IMG/VR virus record: IMGVR_UViG_3300032170_000067
Coordinates: 1 to 35,539 of that record
Source of the DNA: a virus
Lineage: Duplodnaviria; Caudoviricetes
Reading direction: 5' to 3' (one strand)
DNA: 35,539 bases
A program made the translations under genes and the position numbers. The notes under the pieces are model-generated. The model made no database searches and had not been told where the DNA came from. It saw only the letters and a program-made list of their open reading frames with translations. Numbering within the stretch: the first letter of the stretch is position 1; every line of letters starts with the position of its first letter. Shown piece after piece: positions 8,579 to 16,489 of this stretch.

Positions 8579-9374
8579 TTTCTTTTATTTCCTCTTTCCA
8601 TTTCTTATATTCTTCTTTCACTTTTTCATAAATTGTAGGTATTGATTTTTCTGTAAGTTCTGAAAGTGACTTTTTGCCTTTAACTCCTTTTCCGTCTTTT
8701 GCTATAAAAAATGTCATACTTTCTAACAATTCAGAAGCCATTTTTTTATCATTTCCTGACATCTCTAAAAGCATAGAACCAATTTTGTTTCGCAAATCTT
8801 TTGTTTCTTTTTTCATTTCCTTTTTTTTATATGTAACTTTACCAACCTTTGCTTGTTCAATTCCGCTACCTTTCAAATCTTCCCAAGTAAGATTTCTAAG
8901 CCCTAATAGTCTTGTAATCCCATTTCCTAAAAGATTTGTGTAAGCAGCTTTTCTTACATCGTTTTCATTAATCTCGGATGGTGGGATATCTTTTCCATGA
9001 CTTTTAGAGAAAAATCCATCTTTTGAACCTCTTGAACCTATTGCTTCAATAGTTGTGGATCCTAAACTGAAATAGCCCTTATATGTATATGAATAATGAC
9101 CATCTTCCGATCTTGTTTTTTCTGGCTCATCAATTCGCCATGAGATTCCAAAAAGCCTTGCTATTTTCTCCGCACCAGATACATGTAAATAAGGTTTGCC
9201 CATTTGGTCAATCCAATCATGAATTGATGTAACAGCTAAAGCTGCCCTTTTTATACGTTTTATAGCTTCAACTCTTTTTTCTGCATATTCTGCCATGTGA
9301 ACCAGATCGTCAGATACAATAGCAGGCATTTCCTCTTCAATTTTTAATATTTCTAAATCTTTTCCTTTTTTCAT
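8547..9374 (-). CDS. Putative single-strand annealing / recombination protein
   Basis: KPYLHVSGAEKIARLFG and VRKAAYT motifs; lies between an ATPase and an exonuclease; family uncertain. Confidence 0.5.
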   Translation of the reverse strand: MKKGKDLEILKIEEEMPAIVSDDLVHMAEYAEKRVEAIKRIKRAALAVTSIHDWIDQMGKPYLHVSGAEKIARLFGISWRIDEPEKTRSEDGHYSYTYKGYFSLGSTTIEAIGSRGSKDGFFSKSHGKDIPPSEINENDVRKAAYTNLLGNGITRLLGLRNLTWEDLKGSGIEQAKVGKVTYKKKEMKKETKDLRNKIGSMLLEMSGNDKKMASELLESMTFFIAKDGKGVKGKKSLSELTEKSIPTIYEKVKEEYKKWKEEIKEIEKGKKESNE

Positions 9375-9574
9375 TTTTCCTCCTTTTCTTTATATTTCCA
9401 ATCTTGTCTAAAAACTTTCTCATATTTGAGAAAAACTAAAAAACTATTTATATGTTTTCTGTCTATTACAACTTCAATTTCTTTCAAATCTAAGCCATCT
9501 ATTCCGTATATTCTTATTATTGCCTCTCTTTTATTTGCATTAAGGTCATTTAATTTTAATAATATTTCTCTCAT
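9371..9574 (-). CDS. Hypothetical protein
   Basis: ATGA overlaps on both sides. Confidence 0.7.
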   Translation of the reverse strand: MREILLKLNDLNANKREAIIRIYGIDGLDLKEIEVVIDRKHINSFLVFLKYEKVFRQDWKYKEKEEK

Positions 9575-10791
9575 TTTTTATTCCTTTCAATCTCCCCATC
9601 TACTAGCACAATGTCTGCAAATTTATCTATTGCTACTCTCTCTAACCAGATTTGATAATCAAATTTTTTCGCCATTTCTTCAATAATTCTCATGTTTTTA
9701 TCATCAAATAGATTAGCATCTGTAATTCTTATCACTGTGAGTTTTGGGTTAAGAATCATTGCCATTTTTATTGATATCTTTAATCTTTCACTATCGGCAA
9801 GTTGGTTAAATGGGATATCCTGAAGTTTTATTCCTTCTTCTTCAATTGTAAGATTTTTAAAAGGAATCTTCTTTTCTTTTAAAAGCTTTAATTTATTCTT
9901 ATCAAATTCTGCTATTTCATTAGTTAATCTTTTAGATTTTGATTTTTTGACGTCTGCTAAATATGATATTTCATTATATTTTTCTGCTTCTCTTATTTTT
10001 TCATTTATTCCTTCTGCCTTTTCTATTTTATCTCTGATTGTATTTAAATCTTTAGGACTTTTCCCTTTTATATCCTCTCTTAAATTTTTTACGGTATTTT
10101 CAAATCCCTTAATTGCATTCTTATAAACTTTTAATTTTTCTAGTGTTTCTTCTAGATAATACTGATCTACTTTAAGTTTTGAATTAAAATCACTTGCCTC
10201 TTCTAATTTTTTTGATAATTCTGCAATGCTTATAACTTTTTCAGGTAAATCTTTTTCAATTTTCAATCCCTTTAACTGACCTTCATAAGTTTTTATGTCT
10301 TTATTAACATCTGTTCTTTCATCATAAATTTGTTCCCTTTTCCTATTTATTTCATCTAATTTCTCTTTTAATCCAAAAGCTTTAAGAAGTAAATCTCGTT
10401 GTTCTTTAGAACCAAACATCATAAATTCTCGTGGATCAAAAGATAATTTACCCACAAAACTATTTAGCATAGTCTGTGGACTTTTGTATTGTATAGTTTC
10501 ATCTTCATTAGTTACTGTTAAATGACTTATTTTGTTATCTTTACAATATTTTTTTACTACAAAATTATCTATCTCCATAAACACTTCTGCTTTCCCCTGT
10601 CCTTTTCTAACAGGTTCAGTAATTTTTTTCTTACCTAAACCTTCCCCTCCAAGACACCATTCAATAGCATCTAAAGCTGATGTTTTACCTGAAGCATTCT
10701 CCCCAGCAATAACAATTACATTATCTTTGGGTTCTATCACCAACTCTTTTATTTTTTTAAAATTTTTTATTCTCAAAACTTTAATTTTCAT
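9571..10791 (-). CDS. SMC/Rad50-like ABC ATPase
   Basis: IKNFK, Walker A GENASGKTS, central coiled coil, signature-like LADSE, Walker B-like IRITD. Confidence 0.85.
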   Translation of the reverse strand: MKIKVLRIKNFKKIKELVIEPKDNVIVIAGENASGKTSALDAIEWCLGGEGLGKKKITEPVRKGQGKAEVFMEIDNFVVKKYCKDNKISHLTVTNEDETIQYKSPQTMLNSFVGKLSFDPREFMMFGSKEQRDLLLKAFGLKEKLDEINRKREQIYDERTDVNKDIKTYEGQLKGLKIEKDLPEKVISIAELSKKLEEASDFNSKLKVDQYYLEETLEKLKVYKNAIKGFENTVKNLREDIKGKSPKDLNTIRDKIEKAEGINEKIREAEKYNEISYLADVKKSKSKRLTNEIAEFDKNKLKLLKEKKIPFKNLTIEEEGIKLQDIPFNQLADSERLKISIKMAMILNPKLTVIRITDANLFDDKNMRIIEEMAKKFDYQIWLERVAIDKFADIVLVDGEIERNKK

Positions 10792-10813
10792 TACTTTTCC
10801 TCCTTAAATCAAC

Positions 10814-10829
10814 ATAGAATATCTTGTAT
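10814..10829 (+). other. Intact IS110 donor site AT-AGAATAT-CT-TGTAT (candidate attP; CT core 10823-10824)
   Basis: Left part identical to bridge RNA segment AUAGAAUAU; right part complementary to bridge RNA segment AUACAAGA; 12/14 identical to the IS621 donor as I recall it (ACAGTATCTTGTAT). Confidence 0.85.
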
Positions 10830-10847
10830 GTATATATTACTATTCTT

Positions 10848-11930
10848 TTAATCCGCTTCCTTTAAAATATTAAAAATATTTTTTATGATCTGTCTTTTTA
10901 AGCAACGAATTGCCCAAAGTTTGCTTTTGCCTTCCGATATCTTCTTTTTATAATAAGATTTAGATTTTTCTGGACCGTATCTGCTTATCTGGGTTAAAGC
11001 CACAGAATAAACAGCCATATTGAGTTTACGATTTCCATATCTATCAGTATATAATTTTCCACTATTACCTGACATTTTTCTAACTGGCGCAAATCCACCA
11101 TAACGAGCTAACTTGTCTTGGTTAGCAAAGCGATCTATTGTTTTAATCTCTACCATAATTTTACATGCATTAATCAAATTACAACCGAACAATTTATCTT
11201 TTAGAATCAAAATATGTTTAATACTACTTCCCAAATCATTTAAAATCTTATCTATTTCTTTAATATGATCTTTGGTTAAATTCAGATGTTCAATTAATCT
11301 TAAAATTGCATTACTCAAAAAATTTAATTCATTTTTAATTTCTTTTATATCTTCTTTGTAATATTTTAAGGATTTTTTTGAGAATATATTATTAAACTTA
11401 TTTTTGTAATTATCTCCATAATATTGATGTAAAAGATTATGTAAATGATTTTTAATTTTTCTTTTCTGCTTAACCAAACTCTCTCTTTCTTGTAGATGAA
11501 TATCTATCAATTTTATATTTTTTTGTTCTTCTGATACAACAGGACTAGCTGGTAATAATTCTTCAAATTTATTTAAAATAACTTTTCCTACCCTTTTAGC
11601 ATCTATGTAATCTGTTTTTTCTTTATGAACTGAATGCTTTCTTTCCCTATCAGTTAAGATTGGACTGATGTAATGAAGATTAAATCCTTTTTTATTGAGT
11701 TTCCGAGCTAGATGAAATCCATAACCATTGATATTTTCTAAACCTATTACTAAATTTCTTTTATTTCCTAAACATTTAAGCCATGAGAGGCAGATATCTA
11801 GTTTTTCATTATCAAATTTTAAATAACCAATTTCTTGTCCTAGTATATCCATAGCTACCGCTGTATGAGAATATTTATGTATGTCCATACCAACTACTAT
11901 TGAATTAATTGATAATGAATTATTGTTCAA
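10848..11930 (-). CDS. IS110-family bridge recombinase (DEDD RuvC + Tnp domain), candidate phage integrase
   Basis: GMDIHK (D), GLEN (E), KTDYIDA (D,D), FANQDKLARYGGFAP...SG (catalytic Ser), GNRKL; TTG start with AAGGAGG RBS. Confidence 0.95.
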   Translation of the reverse strand: MNNNSLSINSIVVGMDIHKYSHTAVAMDILGQEIGYLKFDNEKLDICLSWLKCLGNKRNLVIGLENINGYGFHLARKLNKKGFNLHYISPILTDRERKHSVHKEKTDYIDAKRVGKVILNKFEELLPASPVVSEEQKNIKLIDIHLQERESLVKQKRKIKNHLHNLLHQYYGDNYKNKFNNIFSKKSLKYYKEDIKEIKNELNFLSNAILRLIEHLNLTKDHIKEIDKILNDLGSSIKHILILKDKLFGCNLINACKIMVEIKTIDRFANQDKLARYGGFAPVRKMSGNSGKLYTDRYGNRKLNMAVYSVALTQISRYGPEKSKSYYKKKISEGKSKLWAIRCLKRQIIKNIFNILKEAD

Positions 11931-11956
11931 TTTTATACCTCCTTCTTGTATAATTA

Positions 11957-12116
11957 GAAAAGGAGAAAATCGATTAAAAACACTCTTGTATCAGAAGCCA
12001 CTAAGGCAATATTCTATTTAGTTTTTAATTTGATTCGAAGAGAACAGGGACAATCTGGAATAAGCTACTAGAGCAGAGTTATTTTGGTCTCCTGTTCTCT
12101 TCTTTGCTCCTTTTTC
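11957..12116 (-). ncRNA. Bridge RNA with target-binding and donor-binding loops
   Basis: Closing stem 12107-12114/11958-11965; 12-bp stem 12091-12102/12037-12048 enclosing guides AAAAUAACU and AUUCCAG; 9-bp stem 12021-12029/11973-11981 enclosing AUAGAAUAU and AUACAAGA; each loop capped by a GCy-yUAGU-rGC hairpin. Confidence 0.88.
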
Positions 12117-12150
12117 ATTTTAAAAAATTTTATTTTTTTATTATAGAAAA

Positions 12151-12951
12151 TTAAGGTTTCAATGGTTTATGTAATTTTATAGTTATCGGAGATGATTTGT
12201 ATAAAGGTTGAGCGATTATTGCTACAATTTCAGCACTCTCTTTAACTGGAACTGTTACCCATCCTCTCCTAGTTTGCCCAGAAGATATATCACCAAAACC
12301 AAAACATGGTTCCTTACTTTCATAAAATGTAGATTCATAGACATATCCATCTGAATCCTGAGCTTCATAATTAGAAATACTATAGTTTTGTTCTTCATTG
12401 CTTATATTTTTTACTTCTACATCAAATGCTATTAATCTAAAATCCCCTTTTGGTTGCATATGTTCACTTTTTGCTTTATAATCTTCAACACTATGAATAA
12501 TAAACTCACAGAAATCTTCAATAACTAATCTTTCATTAACATAAAAATCTTGTATAACCTCTTTAGTTTTTTCTTCTCCTACATCTTCTTCAACTGATTC
12601 TATTGTTGTTTCTTCTGTTTCTTCTAAAGTCGAAACTTCTTTTATAGTCTTACCAACATTTAAACTAAATACAATTAAAAAAATTACTACTAAACTTAAT
12701 AAAATTATTAGTGTTATATTTCCTATCTTTTCCTTTTTAGTTGCAAATCCTATTAAAGCACATATAGGACTTAATACTCCTACGGCAGCAGTAAAAATCA
12801 TCAATGAAACAAAAAACACCGCTATTCCAGAAAGACTTCTAATATCTCCTGAAAATGCAGTGCCAATGCCAAATATCATATATATAATAAATTCAGCAAC
12901 TAATGCAATTATTGATAAGAAAAAAATAATTAATGAATCTTTAAGTTTCAT
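12151..12951 (-). CDS. Membrane protein with DUF4352-like Ig-fold domain (possible superinfection exclusion)
   Basis: Three TM helices, acidic linker, FDVEVKN...QDSDGYVY...GQTRRGWVTVPV. Confidence 0.65.
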   Translation of the reverse strand: MKLKDSLIIFFLSIIALVAEFIIYMIFGIGTAFSGDIRSLSGIAVFFVSLMIFTAAVGVLSPICALIGFATKKEKIGNITLIILLSLVVIFLIVFSLNVGKTIKEVSTLEETEETTIESVEEDVGEEKTKEVIQDFYVNERLVIEDFCEFIIHSVEDYKAKSEHMQPKGDFRLIAFDVEVKNISNEEQNYSISNYEAQDSDGYVYESTFYESKEPCFGFGDISSGQTRRGWVTVPVKESAEIVAIIAQPLYKSSPITIKLHKPLKP

Positions 12952-13035
12952 TTTTCACCTAATTTTTTCAAATCTTAAATTTAAATGTTTTTCTATCATT
13001 TCCTTCGGCTAAGACAGTTTCACCATTTTTAATAA

Positions 13036-13395
13036 TTATTTTGAATGTTCAGGAAACCAAAATTCTATACATTCTTTCAAATAAGCATCTAATTTAACCC
13101 AATCTTCTTCAAATTCCATTTTCTGCAGAATAGGTATAATTTCATCTACGAATGGTTCATCAACAAATATCAATTTATCAGATAATTTTTTTATACCTTC
13201 TTTCATCAGTTCAATTGTTTTTGTTTTGTATAAATTTTCCAATTCCAATTCTTCTACTTCTTTTTCCAACTCAACGATTCTTAACTCCAAATCTACTATT
13301 TGTTTTCTACCAACAACATATCCAGAATAATAAGATAGAAAACAACCAACAAGTATTAATACCAATGTTATAGCAATTATAATTTTCTTTCTCAT
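13036..13395 (-). CDS. Membrane-anchored coiled-coil protein
   Basis: N-terminal TM/signal, heptads; GAGGTG RBS. Confidence 0.7.
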   Translation of the reverse strand: MRKKIIIAITLVLILVGCFLSYYSGYVVGRKQIVDLELRIVELEKEVEELELENLYKTKTIELMKEGIKKLSDKLIFVDEPFVDEIIPILQKMEFEEDWVKLDAYLKECIEFWFPEHSK

Positions 13396-13435
13396 TTTTC
13401 ACCTCTTTTACTCCTAAAGTTTGAAAGATCCTGAT

Positions 13436-13720
13436 TTATGAATTCAGGCTCTCTCTTTTAATTTGATGATATTTTCTTTGTTTTTCTTTTATCCTTTCAA
13501 TATTATTTTTATACCATTTTCTTTTATATTCTTTTATCCTTTTAGCATTATTTAATTGATATTTTTTATCATATTCAGGATTATTTTTCCGCCATTCTCT
13601 ATTATATTTTTTTGCACATTCTCTACACTCACTACCTAACCCATTTTTTGTGGTTCTGTTTTTATTGAATTCACTTTCAGATTTTACTTTTCCACATTTA
13701 CTACATCTTTTTGTTTTCAT
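13436..13720 (-). CDS. Zinc-finger protein resembling the N-terminus of phage HNH endonucleases, no nuclease domain
   Basis: CSKC...SEF...CREC followed by basic Y/W-rich helices. Confidence 0.7.
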   Translation of the reverse strand: MKTKRCSKCGKVKSESEFNKNRTTKNGLGSECRECAKKYNREWRKNNPEYDKKYQLNNAKRIKEYKRKWYKNNIERIKEKQRKYHQIKRESLNS

Positions 13721-13853
13721 TTTTTCCTTTAATTTTTTTGGGTTTATCGAATTCCATTGATTGACATCTGGGACATTTTTTTATTTCTTCTTTACGTGGC
13801 ACCCACGAGTGCCCACATTGTAAGCATCTAATTTTTTTAATTTTTATTTTCAT
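13701..13853 (-). CDS. 50-aa zinc-ribbon protein (not in ORF track)
   Basis: MKIKIKKIRCLQCGHSWVPRKEEIKKCPRCQSMEFDKPKKIKGKNENKKM*; GGTGA RBS; first ORF after a consensus promoter. Confidence 0.8.
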   Translation of the reverse strand: MKIKIKKIRCLQCGHSWVPRKEEIKKCPRCQSMEFDKPKKIKGKNENKKM

Positions 13854-13889
13854 TTATTTCACCACTTTTATAAGTTAAATATATTATAT

Positions 13890-13917
13890 ATTATATATTA
13901 TATTTTATAATTGTCAA
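13890..13917 (-). promoter_or_regulatory. Consensus sigma70/sigmaA promoter
   Basis: TTGACA (13917-13912), 16-bp spacer, TATAAT (13895-13890), just downstream of the lysis terminator. Confidence 0.75.
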
Positions 13918-13943
13918 GTATTTTTCAAAAAATATTTTGAAAT

Positions 13944-13983
13944 AAAAAAAATGGGATGCAAATTAAAATTAATCCACATCCCA
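13944..13983 (-). terminator. Intrinsic terminator ending the lysis operon
   Basis: TGGGATG...CATCCCA stem followed by a T-run. Confidence 0.75.
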
Positions 13984-14035
13984 ATTTTTAAATCTTAATA
14001 ATAATTAAGATAAAGATATCTATATTATTTATTTG

Positions 14036-14386
14036 TTATTTCTCTATCGGAAATCCAATTCTTTTTACGTGTCCCCAAATAGAAGTCAATAATTCAGCTA
14101 TAATAAATGAGAACGCAACAGTAGAGAATGCAGTTAAAGGTATAGTTATCATTTCAGAGAATTTCCAATAGATCATAGCAACTGGAATAGCACTAAATAA
14201 TCCCCAAACAATTACATAGGGAAGTATATTAGTTTGCAAAAAGTCTATTGCAGATTCCCAAGCAAATGCTTTAGACTTAATTGCTTCAGCTATACCTAAA
14301 ATTAGATCTACAAATATTGCTAATAGAATAGTGCTAATACCTATTAACAAATAATTTAGTTCAGTTATAAGTTCAGGAAACCACAT
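14036..14386 (-). CDS. Putative holin
   Basis: Three TM helices, directly after the endolysin. Confidence 0.65.
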   Translation of the reverse strand: MWFPELITELNYLLIGISTILLAIFVDLILGIAEAIKSKAFAWESAIDFLQTNILPYVIVWGLFSAIPVAMIYWKFSEMITIPLTAFSTVAFSFIIAELLTSIWGHVKRIGFPIEK

Positions 14387-14405
14387 TTTTATTTCACCTC
14401 CTTTT

Positions 14406-15272
14406 TTAATATTTAAAAATAATAAAATCTTTTCTTAGATCAGCATGTATAAAATTCTTTTTTCTATACAAACCAATCCCATTAAATTTTGTAAATCTTA
14501 AAATATAAAGAGCATATTTTATAATGTTCATGCCACTTGCCCTTGTGTCTGCTGCCATTCCTTTCATGTGATAACTTTCATTTGCTCCACCACAAATCTT
14601 ATTCCATTCAGGAGTTCTATAACCTGATACGACAATTATTTTATGTTTATTTTTATTAGGATATGGTTTGTTTATCAAATCTCTAACAATTTGAAGTTCT
14701 CTCGCTATTTCTTTAATACTATTAAAATACTCTTCTGGAGGCTCTATTTTTATCCCACTTCTGCTATTTGACCAAAATTCGCCCCATTTAAAATTTTCAG
14801 TAAGTTTTTTGTTAAAATCCATCTTCCAATCCAATTCATAAAGTTTATAATATTCTATTATTTTTCTTAAAGAAATATCATAAGTTATTCCAGTTGCGTA
14901 TCCACAAGCTTTTATTTGTTGACAAGCACAAATATAATTCCTACATTTTCTAACAGGTTCATATCTCTTTGCTTCTCCTATTAATTTTGCATAATCCTCT
15001 AAACTCTCTCCTGTTGAATCATATTTCCTGAATTTTGCTTGAACAGAAATATATTGTCCATTTATATACTCTTTGGTCCATAAAAGTTGGTATTCGTATC
15101 CACAGGTTTTTGTCCATTTATAGCCAAATAAGTTATTACCAGGAGCATGTTTACCAAAACCACTTTCATGACAAGCTTGTGCCATCATCAAAGAAGGTAA
15201 AATATTATACTGTTTACACAACTCTAATACTTTTGATTTAATTTTATTTATGAATTGCATAATTTTGTTCAA
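14406..15272 (-). CDS. Endolysin: GH73 glucosaminidase/muramidase + peptidase M15 domain
   Basis: AQACHESG, NNLFG, FRKY, GYAT; then SGYRT...SYHMKGMAAD...FIHADLR. Confidence 0.9.
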   Translation of the reverse strand: MNKIMQFINKIKSKVLELCKQYNILPSLMMAQACHESGFGKHAPGNNLFGYKWTKTCGYEYQLLWTKEYINGQYISVQAKFRKYDSTGESLEDYAKLIGEAKRYEPVRKCRNYICACQQIKACGYATGITYDISLRKIIEYYKLYELDWKMDFNKKLTENFKWGEFWSNSRSGIKIEPPEEYFNSIKEIARELQIVRDLINKPYPNKNKHKIIVVSGYRTPEWNKICGGANESYHMKGMAADTRASGMNIIKYALYILRFTKFNGIGLYRKKNFIHADLRKDFIIFKY

Positions 15273-15745
15273 ATTTTAAATTTATTAAATTTATTCATAA
15301 AATTTTTACACCATTTATAAAGTTCTTCCATGCTTCTATCTTGTTTTGTTGTATTACATCTTCGACAAATTATCCAAATATTATCTAAAGTTAAAATTTT
15401 TTTGTTATCTTTTCTATCTAATGTAGGTGAATTACTTTGTGCTTTTCCTTTTCCAAATTCCCAATCTAATTTGATATTATAAATAGGACAGTATTTAGTA
15501 TCTTTTGCTATGGGATATAAACTTTTAACTGCTGTAAATAAGATTTTGCAATATCTTTTATGATCTCTTATAGTTCTTGAACACCAAGCTTTTATTGGAT
15601 TATTTCTGCGATATTCTCTTTGATATTTTATTTCACATTTTTTACATCTACCAGATACACCAAATTTATGTCTACCTTTAGTATCTGGATAGAATTTATT
15701 TATTGATAATTTTTTTTTACAAATACTACAAATTTTCTTTTTCAT
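15269..15745 (-). CDS. HNH-superfamily (homing-type) endonuclease with N-terminal zinc finger
   Basis: CSIC...CKKC; SPTLDRKDN...DNIWIICRRCN. Confidence 0.7.
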   Translation of the reverse strand: MKKKICSICKKKLSINKFYPDTKGRHKFGVSGRCKKCEIKYQREYRRNNPIKAWCSRTIRDHKRYCKILFTAVKSLYPIAKDTKYCPIYNIKLDWEFGKGKAQSNSPTLDRKDNKKILTLDNIWIICRRCNTTKQDRSMEELYKWCKNFMNKFNKFKI

Positions 15746-15808
15746 TTTAACCTCCCTATCAGGTTAGGCAAGAAATAAGATAGGGTTATTCCTTGCCCAT
15801 ATTATTTA

Positions 15809-16165
15809 TTAATAAATTACTTGAATATAAGCAGCTATTCCATTTAATATTGTGAAAGCAATAAGAATCATATAAAAAGGAAATTTATCAGGTTTCTTTT
15901 CTAATTCCACATCTATATTCTTTTTATAATCCTTAAAATTTTCTTTTATATTTTTAATTCTTACATTATTTATATTCTTTACATTATTTTTTAATGTATT
16001 AATATTTTGTTTATTCAACTGAATCTGAGTTAGATTTTTTTCAACAGAATTCATTTGGTCACAAAGTTCATCTACCTTTTCCTTTATGTGTTTAACTGTA
16101 TTTTCTATTACTTCTAAACTTGGATTGTCTTTTGGTAGATTTTTCTTTTTCTTTCCTTTTACCAT
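15809..16165 (-). CDS. Coiled-coil protein with C-terminal TM helix (lysis-associated)
   Basis: Heptads then a hydrophobic tail; first gene of the lysis cassette. Confidence 0.6.
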   Translation of the reverse strand: MVKGKKKKNLPKDNPSLEVIENTVKHIKEKVDELCDQMNSVEKNLTQIQLNKQNINTLKNNVKNINNVRIKNIKENFKDYKKNIDVELEKKPDKFPFYMILIAFTILNGIAAYIQVIY

Positions 16166-16189
16166 TATTCCTCCCAGTTTAATTTTGCA

Positions 16190-16217
16190 AATAAAAAATC
16201 TCCTTTTTAGGAGATTT
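16190..16217 (-). terminator. Intrinsic terminator after the tail genes
   Basis: AAATCTCCT/AGGAGATTT stem plus T-run. Confidence 0.7.
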
Positions 16218-16250
16218 AAGTGATTTAGATTTTAGTTTTATTCTTTTTTA

Positions 16251-16481
16251 TTATTCTTCTTCCTCAAAACTTTCACTAATAGATTTTATAAATCTTAAAA
16301 ATAAATTTACAACCCAAAAAAGGTCAATAAGGACCTCTTCGGTTAAAACATCTTCCAATTTAAACTTTTTGTCCTTTATTTTTTTATTTGTAATTTCAAA
16401 ATTATTTAAAGCGCCATTTAATTTATCTTTGTTTTTTTCTAAATATTTGATTATTTTTTTCCGATCATTCAAAGAAAACAT
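16251..16481 (-). CDS. Hypothetical protein
   Basis: AGGAG RBS. Confidence 0.7.
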   Translation of the reverse strand: MFSLNDRKKIIKYLEKNKDKLNGALNNFEITNKKIKDKKFKLEDVLTEEVLIDLFWVVNLFLRFIKSISESFEEEE

Positions 16482-16489
16482 TTTTTCTC

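Noticed and set aside
10848-12150. Ordinary IS110 passenger insertion
   Set aside because: By eye there are no hybrid target/donor ends and the donor is intact. Disfavoured, but not formally excluded without comparative genomes.
12117-12165. Dedicated bridge RNA promoter
   Set aside because: TATAAT at 12145-12140 is present but has no properly spaced -35, and the region is too AT-rich to call.
14180-14189. AACTGGAATA as a third target-like site
   Set aside because: The left arm matches only 2 nt beyond the core, which is expected by chance.
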